Below are positions 1 through 11,118 of a stretch of DNA of 64,000 bases, one piece after another. The notes below the pieces were generated by a model that did no database searches, was not told the DNA's origin, and saw only the letters and a program-made list of their open reading frames with translations. The translations under genes and the position numbers were made by a program. The first letter of the stretch is position 1. Each line of letters begins with the position of its first letter. This DNA comes from an uncultured Chloroflexia bacterium (GTDB lineage Bacteria; Chloroflexota; Limnocylindria; Limnocylindrales; CSP1-4), in the NCBI GenBank assembly GCA_963813535.1, contig CAWEZH010000002.1, positions 1,472,001 through 1,536,000 on the forward strand, read 5' to 3'.

Positions 1-1179
1 CTCGTCGATCGGCCCGACCGAGCTCGAGTGCATCGCCCGACGGCAGTCGGGCTGGTCGATCTCCAGGCTCGGGATCGCTACCGAACGGGCCGACTTCGAG
101 AGATTCATGCCGAACTCGCCGAGGAAGCTGTCTGTCCCGTGCGCCGAGCGTTCGATCGTGATGAGGCCCTTGAGGTACGTGCGGGACTTCTCGAGGAGCG
201 CCGCCTTCGACAGCAGGTCGCCGGTCGTATCTCGGCCGATGTGCGTCGTATACGACGTCAGGTCGAACAACTGCTCGTCGGAGCCGAACACGATCTCGAC
301 CTGCTGGACGGAGCTGCGATCGCCGACGAGGCGGTTCTCGACGCGACCACGGACGAGACGACCGCCGAGCTGGGCCAGCGCCCACTGGAGGTGGGCGGCT
401 TCTCCGATGCTCGCCGTCCGATGCTGGAACGTGACGATGTTGCCGGGAAGTTCCTGCAGGCTGGCCACCTGGAGCGATGCCCGATCGCCCAGCACGACCT
501 CCATCGTGCCGGCGAAGTACGACTGGGACGCCGCCTCGTCCGCGCCATCCGCAGGCACGAACTCCTCGACCACGGACGCCTTCGCGCCCTCGCCGAGCCG
601 GACGAGCGTGCGTGTCATCAGGGCCCGATCGGGAGCGCCGAGTGCCCAGCGGATGACGATCGGCTTCGACAGCGTGGCTCCCGCCGGGATGTCGACCACC
701 ACGGCCTGGCTCCAGAGCGCCCGCGTGAGCTGCGCGAACTTGTCGTCGGCCGGCAGTCCCGGTGAGCGGTCCAGCAGGTCGCGAGCCACATCGGCCCTGC
801 GGCCGTGCAGCTCGGCGAATGTCGTGAGTTCGACCCCGGCGTTCTGCGCCGCATCGGAGAGCGCCCAACCCGTGACGTCACCCTCGCTGAGCACGAGCAG
901 GCCGTCCGCGTCGGCGGGGAGCTCCGCCGCGACGCGTTCGGTTGCCGCATCCCAGGTCACGCGAGCCGCATCCAACTCTGCCAGGCGCAGATCGATGTAG
1001 GGCGTGTACAGGAGGTTCGATTCCCCCGGCAATGCGGACCAGGTCTCGAGCGCCTCGAGCCGGTCGTCGACATCGCCGAGTGCCAGTCCTTTGATCCGGT
1101 GCTCGAGGTCGCCCCGATCGAGGTCGAGGGACAACGCATCGAGGGCCCGCCGGGCGGGCCTGGGTCGGGCGGTCGTCAT
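1..1179 (-). CDS. sufD: Fe-S cluster assembly protein SufD (3' end runs off the window)
   Basis: Manually translated from ATG at 1179 (MTTARPRPARR...). The C-terminal part (RSRIDNRLVGDRSSVQQVEIVFG...TTHIGRDTTGDLLSK...AIPSLEIDQPDCRRAMHSSSVGPIDE) is SufBD beta-helix-like. Lies downstream of sufB. Confidence 0.85.
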   Translation of the reverse strand, partial: MTTARPRPARRALDALSLDLDRGDLEHRIKGLALGDVDDRLEALETWSALPGESNLLYTPYIDLRLAELDAARVTWDAATERVAAELPADADGLLVLSEGDVTGWALSDAAQNAGVELTTFAELHGRRADVARDLLDRSPGLPADDKFAQLTRALWSQAVVVDIPAGATLSKPIVIRWALGAPDRALMTRTLVRLGEGAKASVVEEFVPADGADEAASQSYFAGTMEVVLGDRASLQVASLQELPGNIVTFQHRTASIGEAAHLQWALAQLGGRLVRGRVENRLVGDRSSVQQVEIVFGSDEQLFDLTSYTTHIGRDTTGDLLSKAALLEKSRTYLKGLITIERSAHGTDSFLGEFGMNLSKSARSVAIPSLEIDQPDCRRAMHSSSVGPIDE

Positions 1180-1969
1180 GCCTCGCTGGCGGCCGCCTGC
1201 TCCTCGGCAAGGCGCTTGGAGAAGACACGCAGTGCGCGCCGGGTCTTCGTTTCCTGTCCCGCGCTCGACTTGATCCCGCGGCTGGCCAGGAACGATCGCG
1301 CCTCGGCGGCGGCCTGGAATGCCTGCCGAGGCAGCGTCTTGGTGGACAGCTCCAGCGTCACGGTCGAATCGGGGAAGATCCACAATTCGGCGACCATGCG
1401 TTCGGCGAAATCGCGGGGCACCCACTTGAGCTTCAAGACGAAGATCGGCCCCAGGATCGACAGGTCATCGAGCGAGATCCCAGCCGGAGCGTGGGCGTCG
1501 AAGAATGCCCGCTGGGACTTCGAGAACAACTTGCGGATCGGGCGCTCCCCGCGAAGCGTGCTCCAAACCGCGCCCTCCTTGAGGGGCGCGGTGAGTGCGC
1601 CGGAGCAGACGAATGCGCCCGGGATCGCGTCGACCTCGACGACGAACCCTGGCGTGGCCCGAAGGTCGGACGGCAGCTGGGAGGGATCGACCGGGCGGAG
1701 CTTGATGGTGGAGTCGTCGCCCTTGCCCTGGACCCGTCGAGCCCGCGCCACGACACCGGCCTTGCTCAACTGCAGGTCGGGCGTGTCGAAGAACACGACC
1801 TGGCGGATCTGCGCGCGGAGCGGGTCGAGGTCCAAGGCGCGAACGGCCGTTTGCCGGTCCGCATCCGCCACCATCATCTTCAACTCGACCGAATCCGACC
1901 GGTTGATCGTCGCCATCAGCTCCTGGAGTTCCTCATCCGTGAGGCGTTCCCGAGCTGGCGCTACCTCCG

Positions 1970-1973
<4 letters not shown>
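1176..1973 (-). CDS. CYTH-like (triphosphate tunnel metalloenzyme) protein
   Basis: N-terminal SVELK (ExExK-like), FFDTPDLQL...ARARR, STIKLR and late LELSTK motifs. ATGA overlaps with sufB and sufD. Confidence 0.7.
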
Positions 1974-3373
<1,400 letters not shown>

Positions 3374-3443
3374 GCGGGCCTCGGTTCCGGGGTACGGATC
3401 GGGGGACGCGAGGGGATGGCCAAGCCGCCCCGTCGCGTGTGGG

Positions 3444-3485
3444 AATTCCGAGTCAGATTATCGGGATTAACGCGCAGACAGTCAA
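3444..3485 (-). promoter_or_regulatory. sigma70 promoter (TTGACT-N17-GATAAT) with overlapping Rrf2/IscR-like inverted repeat
   Basis: Minus strand -35 at 3485-3480 and -10 at 3462-3457. The AT-rich imperfect palindrome AATCCCGA-N9-TCGGAATT (3468-3444) stands out in the GC-rich background. Confidence 0.7.
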
Positions 3486-3517
3486 CGAGCCGCCAGGGCG
3501 CCCGCAGGCGGAAATGG

Positions 3518-3545
3518 CGACACCGCCCCGGTCGGGGCGGTGTCG
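3518..3545 (-). terminator. GC-rich hairpin terminator
   Basis: Perfect 12-bp stem CGACACCGCCCC-GGTC-GGGGCGGTGTCG just downstream of the 3566-4216 gene, with a short U tail on the minus strand. Confidence 0.65.
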
Positions 3546-3565
3546 TGGCTGCGATCAGGTAGTCG

Positions 3566-4216
3566 TCAGGCGCGAGCCGGCATGTCCTGTCCGACCGGCT
3601 GGTCGGTCCCGAGACCCTCGGGCAGCGGCGTCGGTGGCTCGGCGAACGGGCTGTTCGTCGACCCGATCGAGTCGCTGTACGACGACGATGCGACGCCTGC
3701 GGTCGGGGCCGCGTCGAACGCTCGCGTCTCGTCGTCGAGGTCCCACGCCGATCGGCGCTCGGCCATCCGCTCGCGGGCGCGCTGTGCTCCCTCGCGCAGC
3801 CGCGTCTTCACGCCCGGCGAGTTCGCGAACGCCCAGGTCACCAGACCGAGGGTCACCAGGCCGGCCAGGACGAAGGGCATGCGGCCCACGCCGCTGGACT
3901 TGACGAGCCCGGCCGATTCGGCGGCCTTGCGCGCGTCCTTGGCGACTTGCTTCCCGTTGTCGCGCGCCGTGTCGGCGACTTGCTTTGCGGCGTCGGTCAC
4001 CTTGCTCATGTCGACGCTGGGGATCTCCACCGACGTCACGTCGACGCGGGGCATGTCGAAATCGTGCCGGAAGTCCGCCAGCTCCTTGCGGACCTCGCGG
4101 AGCTCCTTGCGCGCATCGCCCAGCGCTTTGGCGATGTCGTCGCGCGACATCTCGGGTAGTCGGAGCTCAGGCAGACGGAAGTCCCGTCGGAAGTCCTTGA
4201 GATTCAACTCTGGCAT
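3566..4216 (-). CDS. Hypothetical single-TM protein with coiled/amphipathic N-terminus
   Basis: GAGGAGG RBS before ATG 4216; one hydrophobic segment (PFVLAGLVTLGLVTWAFA). Confidence 0.7.
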   Translation of the reverse strand: MPELNLKDFRRDFRLPELRLPEMSRDDIAKALGDARKELREVRKELADFRHDFDMPRVDVTSVEIPSVDMSKVTDAAKQVADTARDNGKQVAKDARKAAESAGLVKSSGVGRMPFVLAGLVTLGLVTWAFANSPGVKTRLREGAQRARERMAERRSAWDLDDETRAFDAAPTAGVASSSYSDSIGSTNSPFAEPPTPLPEGLGTDQPVGQDMPARA

Positions 4217-4342
4217 GGCTCGCCTCCTCGTCACAGTTCGGTCAAGGATACGCCCGTCGACGGCGCAGCCCTCTGTGGTGAACGGCGGATGGAGGTTGCA
4301 GTCGCGTACCAGCCTGTGGATGCCGGGTTCGTGACGTGCGGA

Positions 4343-5155
4343 TCAGGGACGGAGCGTCTTGGTCGCCCAGGAGCCGCGGTTACCGTTGCGGTCGCGCTCG
4401 CGGATGCGGACTTCATAGACCCAGCCCCGACGCCACCACTTCGTCACGCTCCGGGACGTCGTCGATCCCAGGTCGTGCCATGCGCCACCGGCGACCCGCC
4501 ACTGGACCTGGAAGGACCGGTGCCCGGCGGTCAGGACCTGGAGCCGGGTATCGCCGCCCGACCAACGAACGGTGCCCCTCGCCCAACGGGCGTTGATGTT
4601 GCTCTTGGTGAAGGACCCGGCTCTCGCGTAGCCGCCCGTCCGGTCCGGGCCGCGGAGGTAGACGCCGGCCCAGTACCGCGTCCCGTCGTCGGCGACCGCC
4701 AGACCGAAGCCGACGTAGTTGTAGTCGTTCGAGAGGACGATCGCCTTGTGACCGGACGAACCCATCCACCCCTGGACGGCGAACTTTGCCGAGTAGTCGA
4801 GGGGTCCGGCAGTGTTCCACGCGATGATCTCGCCCGCTCCGTACCAGCGGATCCCGGCCGCCTCGATCATGTCGAAGACGTCGGTGCCATTCGACTGCGT
4901 GTGGCTGAAGCGTCCGGTCGCGGCCATGTATTCCGCCCGGTCGCGCGCGAGCCCTGCGAGCCGTGGGTCGTACCGCAGCTTCACCAGGCCCCGGTCGGTC
5001 CGGCGTGCGTTGGTCAGGGTCAGGGCTGTCTGCTCGGCCGAGGAGACGGCGGCACTGCTGGTGTCGTAGGCGGTCGCGGTGACCCCGGGAACGAGTGCCG
5101 CGACGATGGCGATCCCGAGCGCGAGGGGACCCAGGGACCGCAGGCGGGTAGGCAT
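4343..5155 (-). CDS. Secreted CAP (SCP-like) domain protein with FN3-like C-terminal region
   Basis: Signal peptide; TNARR, FSHT, GEIIAWN, WMGSSGH motifs; C-terminal YEVRIRERDRNGN. Confidence 0.88.
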   Translation of the reverse strand: MPTRLRSLGPLALGIAIVAALVPGVTATAYDTSSAAVSSAEQTALTLTNARRTDRGLVKLRYDPRLAGLARDRAEYMAATGRFSHTQSNGTDVFDMIEAAGIRWYGAGEIIAWNTAGPLDYSAKFAVQGWMGSSGHKAIVLSNDYNYVGFGLAVADDGTRYWAGVYLRGPDRTGGYARAGSFTKSNINARWARGTVRWSGGDTRLQVLTAGHRSFQVQWRVAGGAWHDLGSTTSRSVTKWWRRGWVYEVRIRERDRNGNRGSWATKTLRP

Positions 5156-5360
5156 GACCGAATGGTCCGGAGTCGCGGCCCGCAGGGAAACCGCTCACGG
5201 GTCCCAACGAGCGTCGGCGGATGGTCCCGCGACGACCCTCCCGCAACGGCCTCGACCACACCCGACCGCGACGGTCTATACCCGGGCCGGCTGGAGCGTC
5301 GTCGGCGCCGTCAGGCCCGACCTGCGACGATGGGGCACACGACCAACGAGGAGGAACACC

Positions 5361-5804
5361 ATGCCTGCCGTCCGACGCGCCGAGGTCGCCTGGTCCGGCG
5401 ATCTCGCCACTGGCAACGGGACCGTCAGTGCCATCTCCAGCGGCGCTTTCAGCGACCTGCCGGTCAGCTGGGCCGCGCGGACCGAATCATCCGATGGGTT
5501 GACGAGTCCGGAGGAGCTGGTCGCCGCGGCGCATGCGTCGTGCTACGCCATGGCCTTCTCGGGGATACTCGGGCGGGCCGGAACCCCGCCCGAACGCCTG
5601 GCGGTGTCGGCGGAGGTGACGTTCGACAAGCTTGAGCCCGGTTGGCGCGTCATCTCGAGTCATCTGACCGTCCGCGGTCTCGTCCCGGGCATCTCGAACG
5701 AGGACTTCGCCGCCGCCGCGGATGCGGCCAAGGACGGCTGCCCGATCAGCCACGCGCTGAAGGGCAACGTCGAACTGAGCGTGGACGCGGCCCTCGAGTC
5801 CTGA
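5361..5804 (+). CDS. osmC: OsmC family peroxiredoxin
   Basis: GAGGAGG RBS; TSPEELVAAAHASCYAMA and AKDGCPISHAL motifs. Confidence 0.92.
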   Translation: MPAVRRAEVAWSGDLATGNGTVSAISSGAFSDLPVSWAARTESSDGLTSPEELVAAAHASCYAMAFSGILGRAGTPPERLAVSAEVTFDKLEPGWRVISSHLTVRGLVPGISNEDFAAAADAAKDGCPISHALKGNVELSVDAALES

Positions 5805-5828
5805 CGCTCGAACGGTCGTCGCCGAGCG

Positions 5829-6767
5829 TCAGCCGACGGTCAGCAGTCGTCGCGGATTGGCGACTGTGATCGTCGCGATCTCGCTATCGCTGACGCCGGC
5901 GTCGCGCGATCGAGGCAGGAACGTCCGGGCGAGATAGGTGTAACCGTTCCCGCCGTACCGGCTCAGTTGCGAGTCGTGGCATACGTCCTGGGACAGCAGG
6001 ATCCGGTCCGCATGCCCTCGCGAGAGCAGCTCGCAGAGCAGCTCGACGACACGTCCCTCGCCATGTCGTTCCGTCGGCGTGAACGACATCCCGAGGAAAT
6101 CGAACTCCACGCTCGCACCCCGTTCGACGATCGCCAGGTAGTGGTCGAGGTGCGGGTATGAGTCGGCGTGGCCGATGACCACGCGCGCGGGGTCGACGCC
6201 CTCGTCCTCGAAGATCCGCAGCTGTTCGAGCCCGACCGGCGACAGCACGCTGTGGGTCGTGATCGCGAGGCCCGTGCGCCTCGCGGCCCGAGCGGCCGCT
6301 CGATGGACACGCTCCTCGAGTGCCGATACCCATGGCTTGTCGGTCCCGATCTCGCCGATGATCCCTGGGCGCACGCCCGTGTCGCCGACGCCGTCCGTCA
6401 CCTCACCGACGAGCTCGTCCGCGAGGTCGTCGACCGAGCGGCGGTCGATGCCTGCCTCGGCGGGGTAGTACGCACCGCGGTACCAGCCGCAGCCCATCAC
6501 CACGTTGAGATCCGAAGCACGGGCGATGCTCGACAGCCAGCCGGGGTCGCGGCCGACCCCGGGCTGGGTCAGGTCGACCAGGCTGGCGCCGCCGGCAGTC
6601 TTGAATGCCGCGAGCTCCTCGAGGATCAGCTCGTCGTTGCGCGTCAGCTGCCAGTAATCCCAGCGGTCGGGGACATGCCAGAGCGCGATCTGGGTGTGCT
6701 CGTGCGGAAGGGTGAACCCGAGCTGGTCCGGGTCGACCGGGCCCAGGACCGTCTGGACGTGCGGCAT
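5829..6767 (-). CDS. Phosphotriesterase-related (PHP/lactonase) amidohydrolase
   Basis: VQTVLGP, TLPHEH, IIGEIG, ITTH, VIGHAD, ILLSQD, NPRRLL motifs. Confidence 0.92.
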   Translation of the reverse strand: MPHVQTVLGPVDPDQLGFTLPHEHTQIALWHVPDRWDYWQLTRNDELILEELAAFKTAGGASLVDLTQPGVGRDPGWLSSIARASDLNVVMGCGWYRGAYYPAEAGIDRRSVDDLADELVGEVTDGVGDTGVRPGIIGEIGTDKPWVSALEERVHRAAARAARRTGLAITTHSVLSPVGLEQLRIFEDEGVDPARVVIGHADSYPHLDHYLAIVERGASVEFDFLGMSFTPTERHGEGRVVELLCELLSRGHADRILLSQDVCHDSQLSRYGGNGYTYLARTFLPRSRDAGVSDSEIATITVANPRRLLTVG

Positions 6768-6779
6768 GGCCGCCCGATG

Positions 6780-7421
6780 CTACGCCGTGACGACCGCGGG
6801 TCGCTCGCCGCTCCGGACCGCCAGCAGCACGTCGAGCACGGCGGTCGCGCGGCGGATCGCATCGTCGGGCCGGTACGAGTCGCCAGCCTCGATCCGCTGC
6901 AGCAGCAACCCGTCCAGCAGGGCCATGAACCCGCGCGCGAATCCTTCGACGTCGAGCCAGTCCGGGAGCTCGCCGCGGGCGATCCCTTCCTGCAGGAGCA
7001 ACTGGGCGGCCCCGAACAACCGCTCACGTCGGCGCACGAGCATCTCTCGAACGCCCGGCTCCTCGCCCGCCTCGGCCCACGCTCGGACCAGCCCGACCTG
7101 GCCGGGCGCATCGCCGAACTCGTCGATCGTCTCGACGTAATAGTGGATGGCGGCGTGCAGTCGATCCGCGGTCGAGGTGAGCGGCGCGAGTCGGGCCGCC
7201 AGCTCGTCGAGACCCTTACCCGAGATCAGGTCACAGCTATGGAGGAACAGTTCCTCCTTGCCACTGAAGTGCGTGTAGATCGCTCCGACCGATAGCCCGG
7301 ATCGGGCGACGACATCCGCGATCGTCGCGCGGTGGTAGCCCTTCTCCGCGAAGACGGCCACGGCCGCTCCGATGATGCGGTCACGGACCTGCTGTTCCTG
7401 GGCGGCCGACAGACGAGGCAC
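6780..7421 (-). CDS. TetR/AcrR family regulator
   Basis: HTH FAEKGYHRATIADVVARSGLSVGAIYTHFSGKEELF; GTG start at 7421 inferred. Confidence 0.92.
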   Translation of the reverse strand: MPRLSAAQEQQVRDRIIGAAVAVFAEKGYHRATIADVVARSGLSVGAIYTHFSGKEELFLHSCDLISGKGLDELAARLAPLTSTADRLHAAIHYYVETIDEFGDAPGQVGLVRAWAEAGEEPGVREMLVRRRERLFGAAQLLLQEGIARGELPDWLDVEGFARGFMALLDGLLLQRIEAGDSYRPDDAIRRATAVLDVLLAVRSGERPAVVTA

Positions 7422-7494
7422 GGGGACGAGCTCCAAAACGAATGCTTGCTCTGACAACGGTACCGCCGCAACACGCTCAACGCAACGTCCAGCG

Positions 7495-7524
7495 TTGACA
7501 AAGGGAATACCCATTCTCTATGGT
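7495..7524 (+). promoter_or_regulatory. MMPL promoter TTGACA-N18-TATGGT with candidate TetR operator GAAT-N4-ATTC in the spacer
   Basis: Consensus -35 at 7495; palindrome at 7505-7516; divergent TetR gene. Confidence 0.55.
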
Positions 7525-7557
7525 TGCACCGACCGAAACCGCCCGTCTGGTGACCCG

Positions 7558-9912
7558 ATGTTCAGTGCCTGGGGAGCGTTCGTCTACCGCTTCCGCCGTC
7601 CGATCGCCATCCTCGCAGTCCTGTTCGCCATCGCCTCGGCGTCGCTCGCCTCCGGCGTGACCGGTGCCCTGAGCGCCGGTGGTTGGACCGATCCCGATTC
7701 CGAATCGGCGGCCGTCGCCGACAGGCTCGCAGAGGACTTCGGTGCGGGTGGCGGCACGATCGTCGCCGTCTTCCAGGGCCCCGACGGGGCCGATGCGCGG
7801 TCGGCCGAATTCCAGTCGACCATCAGTGACTCGCTCGATCGGCTCGTTGCGGACGACCGTGTCGATGGCACGGTCGGTTGGGCCGAGACCCAGGACGACC
7901 GGTTCATCAGCACGGACGGCACATCGGCCTATGTCGTGGTCCGTCTCGACATCACGGACGAGGCCGCGGTCGACCAGATGGAGGAACTCCGGGCGCTGAT
8001 CGACCAACCGTCAGGCGTCACGCTGCAGCTGACAGGCGTCGCCCCCGCGACGCAGGACCAGGCGGTCCAATCCGAGAAGGAGCTGCTCCAGGCCGAGACG
8101 GTGTCCTTCCCGTTCGCGGCGCTGATCCTGATCCTGGTCTTCTCGTCGCTCATCGCCGCGGGCATGCCACTCCTTGTCGCGGCGCTGGCGATCCCGACGA
8201 CGCTTGGCGGCGTCTACCTCGCGGCGCAGGTCACCGAGCTCTCGATCTACGTCCAGAACGTCGCCACGATGCTCGGCCTGGCGCTGGCGATCGACTACTC
8301 GCTGTTCATGGTCAGCCGGTTCCGTGAGGAGCTCCGGCGTGGCCGCGATGTCGGAACGGCCGTCACGGTCACGGTCGCGACGAGCGGCAAGGCCGTCACG
8401 TTCTCCGGCCTCGCTGTCGCGGTGGGACTGTCCGGCCTGCTGCTCTTCGAGCCGACGGCCCTTCGCTCGTTCGGGATCGGCGGGGCGCTGACGGTGGCCG
8501 CGTCGGTGTTCTTCGCATTGACGTTCCTCCCGGCGGTCCTCGGCATGCTCGGGCACCGCGTCAACTCGATGGGTGTCGGCGCTCTCCGCGACCGCATCCG
8601 TCGCGCGTTCGGCCGCCCCGTGGGCGAGGCAGCGGTGGTCGCCCGGGAGTCGCGCTGGGAGCGCATGGCTCACTGGGTCATGGCGCGACCGGTCATGGTG
8701 CTCATCCCGACGCTCGCGTTCCTGCTCATCCTTGGCACACCGTTCCTGCGTTTGAGCCAGGGCATCCCCGACGCATCGGTCCTGCCGCCCGGCATCGAAA
8801 GTCGCGAGGCCTCGGTCGCCTTGTCGACGGAGTTCCAGGCGGGCGAGACGTCGCCGAACATCGTCCTAGCCACCGTCGATGGCTCGCCGTTCGACGAGGG
8901 CAACGTCCAGCGGATCCTCGATCTCTCGGCCGGCCTCGATGCCGTCGAGCACATCGACCGCGTGGAGGGTCCGTTCGGGGGGCTCAAGGATCCGGCGACG
9001 GGGACCGATCTCGACGCCGCCGGCATCGCGGCACTGTTCGCGGCACCACGCGACCAGCTGCCACCCGAGCTCGCCACCGGGCTCGAGCGCCTCGAGGAGG
9101 CCTATGTCCGGGGTTCTACCGTCCGCCTCGACGCCATCAGCCCGCTGTCACCACTCTCACCGGACGGCACGGCCGTCGTGCCGCATCTCCGCGACGTCGA
9201 CGTCGCGGGCGTGACCACACAGATCGGCGGGCTTGCTGCCGAGGGCCACGACTTCATGACGAGCCAGTCCGAGACGATCCCCTGGGCGATCGGCCTGACC
9301 CTGGGCGCCAGCGCCCTGATCCTGTTCCTGCTCTTCGGGTCGGTGGTGATCCCGATCAAGGCCGTGATCATGACCCTGCTCTCGATCACTGCGTCGTTCG
9401 GGGCACTCGTCTTCATCTTCCAGGACGGCAACTTCGCCGACGTCCTGGGCTTCACGACGCCTGGCTTCACCATCGCCGGCAACCCGATCATCATGTTCAG
9501 CGTGCTGTTCGGCCTGTCGATGGACTACGAGGTCTTGCTTCTGTCGCGGATCCAGGAGGCCTACCGCCGGACCGGCGACAACACCGCCTCCGTCGCCGAG
9601 GGACTGGCCAAGACCGCCGGCGTGATCACCGGCGCGGCATTGATCATGGTCACGGTCTTCTCGGCGTTCGCCCTCGCCGAGTCGATCACGATCAAGAGCA
9701 TCGGCGTCGGTATGGCGATCGCCGTGCTGATCGATGCGACCATCGTCCGCGTGCTGCTCGTGCCGGCGACCATGCGCCTGATGGGCCGCTGGAACTGGTG
9801 GGCACCGGGACCGCTCGGTCGCCTCGCCGATCGCCTCGGGTTCAGTCATGTCGAAGACGAGCCTGATCCCGTGGCGCCGGCACCCCGGCCGGCGGGGTAC
9901 GCTGGCACGTAG
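7558..9912 (+). CDS. MMPL family (RND) transporter
   Basis: LAIDYSLFMVSRFREE, GLSMDYEVLLLSRIQE, DATIVRVLLVPATM, WNWWAP motifs. Confidence 0.95.
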   Translation: MFSAWGAFVYRFRRPIAILAVLFAIASASLASGVTGALSAGGWTDPDSESAAVADRLAEDFGAGGGTIVAVFQGPDGADARSAEFQSTISDSLDRLVADDRVDGTVGWAETQDDRFISTDGTSAYVVVRLDITDEAAVDQMEELRALIDQPSGVTLQLTGVAPATQDQAVQSEKELLQAETVSFPFAALILILVFSSLIAAGMPLLVAALAIPTTLGGVYLAAQVTELSIYVQNVATMLGLALAIDYSLFMVSRFREELRRGRDVGTAVTVTVATSGKAVTFSGLAVAVGLSGLLLFEPTALRSFGIGGALTVAASVFFALTFLPAVLGMLGHRVNSMGVGALRDRIRRAFGRPVGEAAVVARESRWERMAHWVMARPVMVLIPTLAFLLILGTPFLRLSQGIPDASVLPPGIESREASVALSTEFQAGETSPNIVLATVDGSPFDEGNVQRILDLSAGLDAVEHIDRVEGPFGGLKDPATGTDLDAAGIAALFAAPRDQLPPELATGLERLEEAYVRGSTVRLDAISPLSPLSPDGTAVVPHLRDVDVAGVTTQIGGLAAEGHDFMTSQSETIPWAIGLTLGASALILFLLFGSVVIPIKAVIMTLLSITASFGALVFIFQDGNFADVLGFTTPGFTIAGNPIIMFSVLFGLSMDYEVLLLSRIQEAYRRTGDNTASVAEGLAKTAGVITGAALIMVTVFSAFALAESITIKSIGVGMAIAVLIDATIVRVLLVPATMRLMGRWNWWAPGPLGRLADRLGFSHVEDEPDPVAPAPRPAGYAGT

Positions 9913-9913
9913 C

Positions 9914-10519
9914 GTGGACGATCGATCGGCTCCCGTGACGCGGCTCGGCCCCGACAGTGGGGGCCGAGCGCCCGGTGACCCCGACGTCAAGGTCTACAGC
10001 TGGGAATGGGGCACCGGCCGCCTGGGCCGGGACCAGGAGCGACGCCCCGGCCTCCCATGGATCGGGGTCTTCCTGCTGGTATTCGGCGGGCTGCTCCTGA
10101 TCCAGCAGGTCTACCCGCAGGCGCAGGCTATCGGGTCCGTGCTGATGCTCGCGATCGGGCTGGCGTTCCTGATCCGGTGGGCGATCTCGCGCGGGACGGG
10201 CTCGCTGTACGCCGGCGCGATCATCACGGCACTGGCGGTCCCGAACGCGCTCGACAACCTGGGCGTCAGCCGTGACGGGCTCGGCACGTTCTGCCTGGGG
10301 GTCGCGTTCCTGTTCATCGCGCTCGTGCGCGTCGCCGGCGGTGGTGGCGTCGGCTGGCAGGCGTGGTTCGGCGGTCTGCTCACGCTCGTCGGGGTCGTGA
10401 ACCTCATCCAGCCCGATGTCGGTGGCCTGATCGTGCCGATCGCGCTCGTGGCACTCGGCGCGGTCCTGGTCTTCGGCGGCATGCTCGGCCCGGATCGGCG
10501 TGGGCGCCGCCTCTCATAG
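9914..10519 (+). CDS. Hypothetical multi-pass membrane protein (LiaF/LiaI-like TM repeats)
   Basis: About six to seven hydrophobic segments; follows MMPL immediately. Confidence 0.7.
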   Translation: MDDRSAPVTRLGPDSGGRAPGDPDVKVYSWEWGTGRLGRDQERRPGLPWIGVFLLVFGGLLLIQQVYPQAQAIGSVLMLAIGLAFLIRWAISRGTGSLYAGAIITALAVPNALDNLGVSRDGLGTFCLGVAFLFIALVRVAGGGGVGWQAWFGGLLTLVGVVNLIQPDVGGLIVPIALVALGAVLVFGGMLGPDRRGRRLS

Positions 10520-10611
10520 CTGGCGGGCGGGTCGGCACCATTGACACCCTTGACGGGGCAGCGACGCTTGGTCTCCGGGGGGATGGGAAGGCCGCGCAGG
10601 AGGGTTGGACG

Positions 10612-11079
10612 ATGAGAGCACCGCCGATCGGTGTAATAGTCCTTGGGTTCTTTGCCCTGGTGAACGGCATCGGCGCCGTCATCATCGGGCTCAGGTACAT
10701 GGGCATCGTCACGTTCGGGCCGGTGTCGACCGGGTCCGGTGTGTTCTTCTGGGGCCTATTGGCGTTCATCCTCGGCGTGGCGTATCTCGCGGTCGCCTAC
10801 GGGGCCTGGCAGCTCCGGATCTGGGCGTGGACGTTCGGCATGCTCGTGGCCATCCTCGGCATCTTCAACGCCGTGATGGTCCTGATCGCGACCGGAGATC
10901 TCGCGAGCGGCGTGGCTGCGGCCCTGCTGCCCGCCGTCATCCTCTGGTACTTGAACTCGGCGGGCGTCAAGGAAGCCTTCGTCGAGGGAGAGACCGAAGC
11001 CGCCCGTGGCTTCGCCAACGACTACGAGCGCGAGCAGGCCCAGCGCATGGCCGCCGAGCGAGCCGACGACTCGATGTGA
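10612..11079 (+). CDS. Hypothetical 4-TM membrane protein
   Basis: GGAGG RBS; pattern P.GV.VL...YGAWQLRIWAW...ILWYL...VKEAF. Confidence 0.75.
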   Translation: MRAPPIGVIVLGFFALVNGIGAVIIGLRYMGIVTFGPVSTGSGVFFWGLLAFILGVAYLAVAYGAWQLRIWAWTFGMLVAILGIFNAVMVLIATGDLASGVAAALLPAVILWYLNSAGVKEAFVEGETEAARGFANDYEREQAQRMAAERADDSM

Positions 11080-11118
11080 TCGACGCCTCGGTCCGATCGC
11101 GGACCGAGCAGATTCCCT

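Noticed and set aside
5156-5360. Riboswitch (e.g. c-di-AMP) upstream of the CAP gene
   Set aside because: No recognisable conserved aptamer motifs, only generic GC stems.
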